Assembly: GCA_964579475.1 (NCBI GenBank)
Contig: CAZOFP010000004.1
Coordinates: 904-64,903 of the forward strand
Source of the DNA: an uncultured Candidatus Saccharibacteria bacterium
GTDB taxonomy: Bacteria > Patescibacteriota > Saccharimonadia > Saccharimonadales > CAYOYH01
Length of the DNA: 64,000 nt
Direction of reading: 5' to 3'
Shown here: in pieces, positions 16,410 through 24,086 of the stretch
How the letters are laid out: every line of letters starts with the position of its first letter
Position numbering within the stretch: the stretch's first letter is position 1
The notes under the pieces: model-generated
What the model was told of the DNA's origin: nothing
Seen by the model: the letters and a program-made list of their open reading frames with translations, nothing else
Databases searched by the model: none
Program-made: the position numbers and the translations under genes

Positions 16410-16429
16410 TTATATAATTAATCATATAA
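16410..16429. repeat. Copy 2 of the palindromic core, with one mismatch (TTATATAATTAATCATATAA)
   Basis: Read directly. Its centre lies exactly 69 bp from the centre of copy 1. Confidence 0.85.
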
Positions 16430-16514
16430 CTAAGAACAAAGATGCATTTATGCATAGCTGACTGCGGACGGTTTGTAGCTGAGAGAGGGCGCTTGAGGTA
16501 TAATTTCGTCAAGT

Positions 16515-17531
16515 ATGAGTAAAGACAGCAACGATATTGATATTGTCCGCAAGGAACTGACTAAAAGAGTAAAAGAGACCGACGAGCCTCGGTCGGTTCT
16601 GCGTGCGCCTGAGCTCCGAGATCTTTTCAAGAAGCTTGCTAGCCTACCGACTAGCGACCGCGCGAAATTTGGTCAGGAAATTAATTCACTAAAGAACGAG
16701 CTTTTAGCGCTGGTGCAGAGCAAAGAAGACGAAGCGCACAGCCAAGACGTTTCACCGATAGATTTGACTGCTCCTTTTGATGTCAACGTACCAGACGATA
16801 TGAAGCCCAGACTGTTGCCAACAGAGCTTGGCTCACAGCACCCAGTAGTTACAGAACTTGGGATAATCAAAGACATATTCCTGAGAATGGGCTTTAACGT
16901 CGAAGAAAGCCGCCAAATAGACGACGATTATCATATGTTTACCTCGCTGAATTTTCCCAAAGACCACCCCGCGAGGGACGATTACGACACATTCATGACC
17001 GAAGAGGGGCTGATACTGCCAGCCCACACCTCAACCATGCAAAACAGGGTGCTAAAACAATACGATGTACCAGTACGAGTAGTCATACCGGGCAGGGTTT
17101 TTCGTAACGAAGACCTCGATGCCACACATGAGCATACCTTCCACCAAGTCGAGGGAGTTTACGTCGATGAAGGCATAACCTTGGGCGATATGATTGGTAC
17201 AATTGTGGCGTTTTTTGAGGAGTATTTTGGACAAAGTGTAGAGTACAAAACACAACCATTCTTCTTCCCGTTTGTCGAACCTGGGTTGGAATTTCTAATC
17301 AAAAAGCCCGAAGCGCTAAAAAAACCAGGCGAGGGTGAAAGCTGGATGGAAATAATGGGCTGCGGCATGATTCACCCCAACGTTCTTAAAGAGGCTGGCG
17401 TCGATGCGCAGAAATACTCTGGATTTGCCTTTGGCATGGGCGTCGAGCGCATGGTGATGCTCAAATACGGTATTGAAGATATTCGGCATTTCATGAGTGG
17501 TAACTTAGAGTTTTTGAGGCAGTTTAAATGA
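16515..17531 (+). CDS. pheS: Phenylalanine--tRNA ligase alpha subunit
   Basis: 338 aa. Class II aaRS motifs (HPARDDYDTF, FRNEDLDATHEHTFHQVEG, GFAFGMGVERM). ATGA overlap with pheT. Confidence 0.95.
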   Translation: MSKDSNDIDIVRKELTKRVKETDEPRSVLRAPELRDLFKKLASLPTSDRAKFGQEINSLKNELLALVQSKEDEAHSQDVSPIDLTAPFDVNVPDDMKPRLLPTELGSQHPVVTELGIIKDIFLRMGFNVEESRQIDDDYHMFTSLNFPKDHPARDDYDTFMTEEGLILPAHTSTMQNRVLKQYDVPVRVVIPGRVFRNEDLDATHEHTFHQVEGVYVDEGITLGDMIGTIVAFFEEYFGQSVEYKTQPFFFPFVEPGLEFLIKKPEALKKPGEGESWMEIMGCGMIHPNVLKEAGVDAQKYSGFAFGMGVERMVMLKYGIEDIRHFMSGNLEFLRQFK

Positions 17532-19957
17532 AAGTAAGTCTAAACCTCATCAAACAGCTGACTAGAGTTAAACTTGGTAACGAAGAGATAGAGAGCCGCA
17601 TTCATTCCAGACTGGCCGAAGTCGAAGGCGTAGAGAAGCTGGCCGACAAATACCAAGGAATTTTGGTAGCCGAGATAAAAGAAGCTAAAGCTCATCCAGA
17701 TGCTGACAAATTGGGTGTTTACCAGATATTTAATGGCAAGGAAACAATTCAAGTAGTTGCCGGCGATAAAACTTTAAAAAAGGGCAACAAAGTAGCACAT
17801 ATTGCCCCTGGCTTAACCGTGCCAGCAACATTTTATGATGACGAGCCGTTTGTACTGAAAAAAGTAAAACTGCGCGGTGAGGACAGCAACGGCATGCTCG
17901 GCTCAGCCAAGGAGCTCGATTTTGGCGACGACCAGGCTGGAGTCTTGAAGCTGGATACTGACAAACCAGCCGGGACAACACTGGTGGAAGCCTATGATTT
18001 GGATGATTTAATCATTGATATCGACAATAAAACCCTAACGCACAGGCCCGATTGTTTTGGCTTGATTGGTTTTGCCAGAGAAGTCGCCGGAATTCAGGAC
18101 TTGAAGTTTAAATCACCCGCCTGGCTGACGAGTACTGTTCAAACACCAAAGAGTAATGATTCGCTAAAACTGAGCGTTAGCAACGAGGTCAAAAAAGACT
18201 GCCCAGCGTATTTGGCCGTTGCCCTGAGCGGGATAAAGATTCAGCAGTCGCCAGTCCAGCTGATGACCTATCTTAGTCGTGTTGGTGTGCGGCCGATAAA
18301 TAATATCGTTGATATGACGAACTACTACATGGTGATGACTGGCCAGCCACTGCATGCCTTTGACTACGACAAAGTTGCTGGTGGAAAGATTACCGTTCGT
18401 TATCCAAAAAAAGGCGAGAGGCTTACGCTGCTCGATGGCAAAGAAATCGAAATTTACAAAAAAGCGGTGACCGTTTGTGATGAAAACGGCCCGATAGCGC
18501 TTGGTGGTGTCATGGGCGGTGCCAACAGCGAGATAAGCGAAACCACGAAAAACATTGTCATAGAGTGTGCGAATTTTGATATGTATTCCATACGGGCAAC
18601 CAGCATGAAACACGGCATCTTCTCTGATGCAGCAACGCGGTTTATGCGCGGGCAGAGTCTGGCGCTGTGCCAGAGAGTACTTGGCGAGGTGCTAAACCAT
18701 CCCGAAGATCTTGGCGAGGGCAAAGTCGCTACGGCAATAGTTGGCGACAGCGTGGAAGCCCAAGAAACAGAGATTATGGTGAATTTTGATGATGTAAACA
18801 AACTGCTAGGCACTGAAATGGCTACAGATGAGCAAACAAGGCGTTTAAAGAACGTGGAAATTAAGGTAAATGGTGGCAAGGTGCGAGCACCATTTTGGCG
18901 TCGGGATTTGAACATTTGGCAGGATATAGCCGAAGAAGTGGGTAGGCTTAGTGGCTTCGACTCGATAACCACAACGCTGCCGAAACGTGATATTAGAGCT
19001 GTTGATTATAGCGATATGGAAAAGCTGAAGTCGAGGTTGCGCAGTGCATTAGTAGCAGCTGGTGGTAGCGAAGTGCTGACGTATAGCGGCGTCTCTGCGC
19101 AGTTGATGGAAAAAGTAAATTTGACCGTAAAGCCACTCTATAAACTACGAAATTCTGTATCACCAGAGCTGGAATACATGAGAGCGTCGCTGCTGCCGAG
19201 TCTCCTTAGTAAGGTTCATTTGAACCATCGGAGGGGCTATGGGAATTTGGCTCTCTTTGAGATAGGTAAAGGCCATAGCAAGACAGACATAGACAAAGAC
19301 AAATTGCCGGTTGAATATGAAAGACTTGGTCTGGTGTTCTCTGCCGACAAGAAAACCGCCGAAGAAAACTATGCCGGCGCACCATATTTCCAGGCCAAAG
19401 TGTATCTGGAGTACCTTATGGGCAAAATTGGTGCGGGAGACTGTAGCTACGAGGAGGAAAAAGGAAAATCTGCTCCGAATATTGATGGTTTGCTTGCGCA
19501 GAAGCGCAGAGCAAAAATCATAGTTGATGGAAGAGTGATTGGAGTTATCGGGGAGTTTACACATAGAGCACGCAAAGGACTAAAAGTGCCCGATTATTCG
19601 GCTGGGTTTGAGCTAGATTTAAACCCCGTGCTTTTGGTGCAAAGTAAAGAAAAGAATTATCGGCAACTGCCAAAATTTCCAGGTACCGAGCACGATGTGA
19701 CTTTCGAAACACCAATAGAAGTTACGTTCGAGCAGATAATAGCTGAGTTCGAGAAAAACATTTCAGCCAAGAACCTGCGAGTGTCCATAAGACCAACTGA
19801 TGCCTACCAAAAATATGCTTATTCTAAAACCAGAAACCTGACGTTTCATCTGGAGCTTGTGAATATCGAGAAAACCATGTCTGCGGATGAGATAAGCCAA
19901 ATTGTCGACAGCGCCGTAAAAAAGACCGAGAAAAGGCTAAAGTTAAAACGAATCTAA
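17528..19957 (+). CDS. pheT: Phenylalanine--tRNA ligase beta subunit
   Basis: 809 aa. N-terminal tRNA-binding domain, B3/4 and B5 regions (GVMGG, RFMRGQ). Immediately follows pheS. Confidence 0.95.
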   Translation: MKVSLNLIKQLTRVKLGNEEIESRIHSRLAEVEGVEKLADKYQGILVAEIKEAKAHPDADKLGVYQIFNGKETIQVVAGDKTLKKGNKVAHIAPGLTVPATFYDDEPFVLKKVKLRGEDSNGMLGSAKELDFGDDQAGVLKLDTDKPAGTTLVEAYDLDDLIIDIDNKTLTHRPDCFGLIGFAREVAGIQDLKFKSPAWLTSTVQTPKSNDSLKLSVSNEVKKDCPAYLAVALSGIKIQQSPVQLMTYLSRVGVRPINNIVDMTNYYMVMTGQPLHAFDYDKVAGGKITVRYPKKGERLTLLDGKEIEIYKKAVTVCDENGPIALGGVMGGANSEISETTKNIVIECANFDMYSIRATSMKHGIFSDAATRFMRGQSLALCQRVLGEVLNHPEDLGEGKVATAIVGDSVEAQETEIMVNFDDVNKLLGTEMATDEQTRRLKNVEIKVNGGKVRAPFWRRDLNIWQDIAEEVGRLSGFDSITTTLPKRDIRAVDYSDMEKLKSRLRSALVAAGGSEVLTYSGVSAQLMEKVNLTVKPLYKLRNSVSPELEYMRASLLPSLLSKVHLNHRRGYGNLALFEIGKGHSKTDIDKDKLPVEYERLGLVFSADKKTAEENYAGAPYFQAKVYLEYLMGKIGAGDCSYEEEKGKSAPNIDGLLAQKRRAKIIVDGRVIGVIGEFTHRARKGLKVPDYSAGFELDLNPVLLVQSKEKNYRQLPKFPGTEHDVTFETPIEVTFEQIIAEFEKNISAKNLRVSIRPTDAYQKYAYSKTRNLTFHLELVNIEKTMSADEISQIVDSAVKKTEKRLKLKRI

Positions 19958-20220
19958 TTTGTAGAATAAGCAAGAAAATTGTATTGTACTAGAGTACGAT
20001 GAGTGAAATTGCGCTACGGCGCACGAACATTGAGGTGAAGGGATATGAGGTTGCACAAGCTGCCGATGCCATTCAGGCAACTACTTGTAGTTCTACGGCT
20101 GTATGGCGTGAGCGTACGCACTTACCTGCGACGAGATACGTCTCAGGAAGAGCCGATGATGACCTCGGCCGAGGAAGCGAAAAGGCGTAACAAAGCGCCC
20201 AGGTGGCATAGGGAAAGGAA

Positions 20221-20379
20221 ATGAACTGGCGCAGAGCAATGTTGATTACTATCACGGTAGCTGTTGTGGCAACAATCCTGCTCCAGCGGGAAAAGAAACG
20301 TCGAGCTAAGGCGCAGGCCGACAGGCTTGAGACATCAGAGTTCGACCGATTCGAGCACAGTACGCATGACACGGGGTAG
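20221..20379 (+). CDS. Possible 52-aa single-TM peptide MNWRRAMLITITVAVVATILLQREKKRRAKAQADRLETSEFDRFEHSTHDTG (below the track cutoff)
   Basis: Hand translation. AGGGAAAGGAA precedes the ATG. The stop codon is embedded in an 11-bp-stem hairpin (20373-20404). Confidence 0.25.
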   Translation: MNWRRAMLITITVAVVATILLQREKKRRAKAQADRLETSEFDRFEHSTHDTG

Positions 20380-20518
20380 GGAGGCCTACGAATCTCTCTA
20401 CCCCAAAGAGCACCCCAACCATCCAATCGCTCATCACCCAAAACTCATCGTACATTTTCTATTCGAAATATAGTTGTTCATCTGTTATAATTTCCAGCTG
20501 AAAAGAAAAGAGGAAGAG

Positions 20519-21199
20519 ATGAAGGAACTAAAGCTTACAGCAACAACTAGAGGTACGGGCAAAAAAGGTCTGGCCGAGCTTGGTGATACTTCTGTTCCTG
20601 GCGTTGTTTATGGCCGGGAGTTTAAATCTACACCTGTAGCTACAGACAGGGTAAAACTTACGAAATTATTCAATGAAGCGGGCAGCAACCGAATAGTACA
20701 GCTAGATATTGACGGAAAATCCCAGGATATTCTTTTCAAGGAAGTGCAGTTTGACCCGGTAACTTCAGACATACGACATTTCGATTTGTATGCAATCGTC
20801 AAAGGCGAAAAGATTAAAGCAGAAGTTCCAGTTAAGGCCATTGGTGATTCACCTGCTGTCGTTAAGGGAGCTCAGTTGTCTGCAAACGTAGAAATGGTGG
20901 AAGTTGAGTGTATCCCAGCGAAGTTGCCAGATCACTTTGAGCTAGATATTTCAGCTATCGAGGAAATAGGTGATACGCTGCATATTTACGACATCATTGT
21001 CGACGACGACGTGACAATCCTTGATGACCCAGAAACCACAGTCTTTAAGGCTGAGGAAATTCGCGAGATGGTTGTTGAAGACGACACACCTGAAGAAGTT
21101 GAGGGTGAAGAAGGCGAAGAGGGCGAAGAAGGCGAAGAGGGTGAAGAAAGTTCTGAAGGCGACGGAGAAGGAAACGAAGAAACCGAAGCTAAAGAGTAG
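20519..21199 (+). CDS. rplY: 50S ribosomal protein L25 / Ctc family with acidic C-terminal tail
   Basis: MKELKLTATTRGTGKKG...VPGVVYG is a typical L25/Ctc N-terminus. GAGGAAGAG SD. I prefer the ATG at 20519 over the track start at 20474. The tail is EEGEEGEEGEEGEE. Confidence 0.85.
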   Translation: MKELKLTATTRGTGKKGLAELGDTSVPGVVYGREFKSTPVATDRVKLTKLFNEAGSNRIVQLDIDGKSQDILFKEVQFDPVTSDIRHFDLYAIVKGEKIKAEVPVKAIGDSPAVVKGAQLSANVEMVEVECIPAKLPDHFELDISAIEEIGDTLHIYDIIVDDDVTILDDPETTVFKAEEIREMVVEDDTPEEVEGEEGEEGEEGEEGEESSEGDGEGNEETEAKE

Positions 21200-21206
21200 G
21201 CAACCC

Positions 21207-22997
21207 GTGAGAAGAATAATAACTGTCGCAACCATGAGTGCGGCAGTTTTTAGTTTTACAGTAGTTTTTCTTGGCTATTTTCCTGGCGTTCAGGCAGCGG
21301 CAGACTGGTCTATCCAATCGTTTAGCTCGGATTACTATCTGGATGCGTCGGCTGATGGTTCTATGACGGTTAACGAATCGATAGACGTTAATTTCACGGT
21401 TCTTAAACATGGGATTTATAGAGACATTCCCACCTTCTACGACCGAGGAGCGCTACAACCAAGTGTCGATTTGAAGGTGCAGGTTCTGTCTGTTACAAAT
21501 GCTCTAAATGGAGTTACGCATACATACGAAGAGAGTAAAATTAACGATAATTTACGTCTAAAGATTGGTGATGCCGACAGGTTTGTATCAGGTAAGGTGA
21601 ACTATTCTATAGATTATTCTGTGCAAAATGCTATTCGGTTTTTCGATAACTATGATGAATTGTACTGGGATGTAAATGGCACCAATTGGCCAGCTGCAAC
21701 AGATGCAGTAGCGGCTGTAGTCCATGTGCCGGAATCGATGAGAGACAGTGTTAAAGGGGTGAAATGTTTTACTGGCGGGCAAGGTTCTAGCGCTAGTGAT
21801 TGTGAAATAACTTACGATCAGTCGACAGGATTAGTCGAGGTTGCATCAAACAGGCCGTTTGTAAACTACGAAAATCTGACCCTGGTGGTCGCTTTTGAAA
21901 AAGGTATTTTTACCCCGCCTACTTTTCTGGAAAATTGGAGTCGTGTGATTTTTCGTAATATCGGAATACTACTTCCTCTTGTGGCGCTACTCGTAAGCTA
22001 TAAGTATTGGAAGAAGTATGGCAAGGATCCCAAAAACAGAGGAGTGGTTGTTCCGCAGTATACCCCGCCAGACGGCTTAACACCGGCAGAACTAGGAACG
22101 ATAGCCGATTATACCGCAGATAATCGCGATATTTCAGCGATAATAATTGATTTGGCAATAAGGGGTTATATTAAGATAGAGGACACAACCAAGCGGGAGA
22201 AAACAAAGAACCGCAAATACATATTCCACCTGCTTCGTACCGACACGAAAGACCTTAAAGAATATGAAAAGCTGTTCCTCGAAGGGATGTTTAGCGATTT
22301 CAAAAAAGGCACATCGGTCAAGATGGATAGTCTGAAGAATAAGTTCTACAAAATCTCGGAACAGGTGAAGTCAGATTTGTACTCCTCGCTGGTAGACAGT
22401 GGTTATTTCGCTTCCCATCCTAAGAAAAAGATGAATGTAATGTTGGGACTGGGTTTTGGTATAGCGCTTGTCGGCTTCTTTAGTCTAGGGCCTACCGAAG
22501 CGAGTTATCTTGGTTGGTCACTGGGTTTAGTTTTGAGCGGGTCAGTGGTGGCGATTACCGCCTGGTTTATGCCAAAGAGGACTATTAAAGGGGCTGAGAC
22601 TCAGATATGGGCCGAAGGCATGAAAATGTATATGGAACTCGCCGAGAAAGATAGACTGGAGGTAATGCAAGGTGCCGACAGTCGATACATCGGGGATACA
22701 ACTAGCCCTACGTTTAACGTTGAACTATTCGAGAGGTTACTACCGTATGCAATCGTTATGAGGGTTGAGAAATCTTGGGCTTCAAAATTCAAGGATATCT
22801 ACAGCGAACCACCCGATTGGTACACGGGTAACTGGAAAACGTTCAATACCGCCCAACTGGTAAGCGTCATGAGTAACGGTGTGAATTCTATGAATACAAC
22901 CTTATCTTCGAAGCCTTCCAGTTCGTCTGGTAGTGGTTTCTCTGGCGGGGGGTCTTCCGGTGGAGGTTTCGGCGGCGGCGGTGGTGGTAGTTGGTAA
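21207..22997 (+). CDS. DUF2207-type membrane protein
   Basis: Signal/TM, then DELYWDVNGTNWPAATD. Central and C-terminal TM segments. Gly/Ser-rich end GGGSSGGGFGGGGGGSW, typical of DUF2207. Start is GTG 21207 or ATG 21234; the track N-terminus overlaps rplY and is unlikely. Confidence 0.7.
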   Translation: MRRIITVATMSAAVFSFTVVFLGYFPGVQAAADWSIQSFSSDYYLDASADGSMTVNESIDVNFTVLKHGIYRDIPTFYDRGALQPSVDLKVQVLSVTNALNGVTHTYEESKINDNLRLKIGDADRFVSGKVNYSIDYSVQNAIRFFDNYDELYWDVNGTNWPAATDAVAAVVHVPESMRDSVKGVKCFTGGQGSSASDCEITYDQSTGLVEVASNRPFVNYENLTLVVAFEKGIFTPPTFLENWSRVIFRNIGILLPLVALLVSYKYWKKYGKDPKNRGVVVPQYTPPDGLTPAELGTIADYTADNRDISAIIIDLAIRGYIKIEDTTKREKTKNRKYIFHLLRTDTKDLKEYEKLFLEGMFSDFKKGTSVKMDSLKNKFYKISEQVKSDLYSSLVDSGYFASHPKKKMNVMLGLGFGIALVGFFSLGPTEASYLGWSLGLVLSGSVVAITAWFMPKRTIKGAETQIWAEGMKMYMELAEKDRLEVMQGADSRYIGDTTSPTFNVELFERLLPYAIVMRVEKSWASKFKDIYSEPPDWYTGNWKTFNTAQLVSVMSNGVNSMNTTLSSKPSSSSGSGFSGGGSSGGGFGGGGGGSW

Positions 22998-23052
22998 TAC
23001 TGCGGTAGCGCCTATGCTTGCGTCAAAATGACTATTCAATCATTATGAAATA

Positions 23053-23703
23053 ATGAGTGAGATTCAACAACACAAGCTACTTCTGGATACAGATTTCGAC
23101 GGCACAGCGGTAGAAAAGTACGGAATGAAACATTGGCGAAATTGGACCAAATGGCCTCTTTCAATGAGAGAAGGTTATGATGAATTTCTGGCTGGCTTCG
23201 AAGATGGTGGAGGCCGAATTGGAAAAATTCTGACAATACGAAAAGGCGCCTGGTATATAACAAGAAAGACTGCAACGCGAAGTACGATTAAAAGGCAACC
23301 TGGGCTGAAGAGGCACTTTACAAACGATTCAGTGGTTTTTGCAGGTAATGAAGAGAATAAGGCGCAGTCACTTATCGAACGCGCCGAAAGTGTTGTAGGG
23401 GGTTATGCATTTATTGACGATAAACCACACAAAATTGGAGTTGAAATCCTAAAACAGTTCTCATCACGAGCAGAAAGGTTCGCTGGAAGGATTGTTCTTG
23501 GGGCAGTTCAAACTAGCAGTAGACCAGCTCATCTGGATAAACTGACCAGAGCTGCACTTGAAATAGATAGCGTAGGGTTGATTGACTACGAAGATGGCAA
23601 TACAGGCTACAAACTAGGCGAAGCTGAATTGGTTGTCGTAGCGTTAGGAAAATACACAAGACAATCTGGAAAAGATTTTGCAGAGCTAGTGGAAGATTAT
23701 TAG
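23053..23703 (+). CDS. Hypothetical protein, HAD-superfamily-like
   Basis: N-terminal LLLDTDFDGT (DxDxT motif I) and late FIDDKPHK (motif IV-like). Otherwise unrecognised. Confidence 0.45.
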   Translation: MSEIQQHKLLLDTDFDGTAVEKYGMKHWRNWTKWPLSMREGYDEFLAGFEDGGGRIGKILTIRKGAWYITRKTATRSTIKRQPGLKRHFTNDSVVFAGNEENKAQSLIERAESVVGGYAFIDDKPHKIGVEILKQFSSRAERFAGRIVLGAVQTSSRPAHLDKLTRAALEIDSVGLIDYEDGNTGYKLGEAELVVVALGKYTRQSGKDFAELVEDY

Positions 23704-23785
23704 CAAGCTACTTAGTTTTCCACAGTTTGTTGTAAAATTGTATTGCGTATTTGCAATGAATATGAGCGTAGCGTATAAATGTAGT

Positions 23786-23854
23786 CAGGAAGTGTGAGGT
23801 GAGAACATCGTACTTCTTAGAAACCAGGTCTTCGTGACCTGGTTTCGCTTTTTA
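23786..23854 (+). ncRNA. Candidate ~70-nt sRNA (own promoter and terminator, no ORF)
   Basis: TTGCAA (23751-56)-17 nt-TATAAA (23774-79). Terminator GAAACCAGGTC ttcgt GACCTGGTTTC plus GCTTTTT at 23820-23854. The body is purine-rich (AGGAAGTGTGAGGTGAG). Confidence 0.3.
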
Positions 23855-24024
23855 TGAGAAAAGGCAATTTGGGGTAACTTTTTGTTAGTCGATTGGCTAG
23901 AGAAGTAAAGAATAAAAGTTTAAGTGTTAGCTTAATCAGCCCCAGGAAAAGGCTTGCCATAAGCATGTTCATGGTGGTAATATTGGTCTGAGGAAAGAGT
24001 GAGGTGGTAACACTGCTTTCCAAA

Positions 24025-24053
24025 GAGCGGGCATATGTTGTCCGTTCTTTTTT
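24025..24053 (+). terminator. Rho-independent terminator/attenuator 34 nt upstream of the ABC exporter start
   Basis: GAGCGGGCA tatgt TGTCCGTTC (9 bp including two G-U pairs) followed by TTTTTT. Confidence 0.55.
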
Positions 24054-24086
24054 GTTATTAATTTACTATCAGATAGACTATAGCTA

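Noticed and set aside
16335-16429. AT-rich repeats as a CRISPR array or a MITE.
   Set aside because: There are only two copies per locus. The repeats are perfect palindromes made solely of A/T. There is no array periodicity and there are no cas genes. The sequence between the partners is unrelated at the two loci, and no target-site duplication is evident.
16046-16514. T-box riboswitch or pheM-type leader peptide upstream of pheST.
   Set aside because: There is no T-box consensus (AAnnnGGGUGGUACCGCG) and no terminator/antiterminator pair adjacent to pheS. There is no Phe-rich short ORF. The closest match (GGTGGTGGCGC at ~16068) lies ~440 nt upstream, next to the yajQ start.
18164-18972. Long ORFs antisense to or nested within large genes: 18164..18613 and 18454..18972 in pheT; 586..927; 2418..3071; 8966..9442 and 11884..12231 in the giant gene; 44897..45466 in the kinase gene; 28700..29035 and 28725..29054 in the NUDIX gene.
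   Set aside because: They fully shadow genes with clear family motifs. Their composition is skewed (S/R/P/L-rich, low complexity) and they have no SD or promoter context. Such ORFs are expected from the codon bias of the real frame.
21084-21160. GAAGAAGGC/GAAGAGGGC tandem nucleotide repeat as a microsatellite or contingency locus.
   Set aside because: It is in frame and simply encodes the acidic (EEG)n tail of the L25/Ctc protein. No homopolymeric tract or frameshift potential is evident.
21021-21206. 5' extensions of track ORFs: 21021 (DUF2207 gene overlapping rplY), 41649 (tkt overlapping rpe), 49689 (gatC), 49984 (gatA), 51939 (gatB), 14871, 20474, 36047, 61100.
   Set aside because: The extended N-termini are K/R-rich or otherwise atypical and overlap upstream genes out of frame. 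Internal ATG/GTG codons with SD sequences give N-termini that match the expected family starts.
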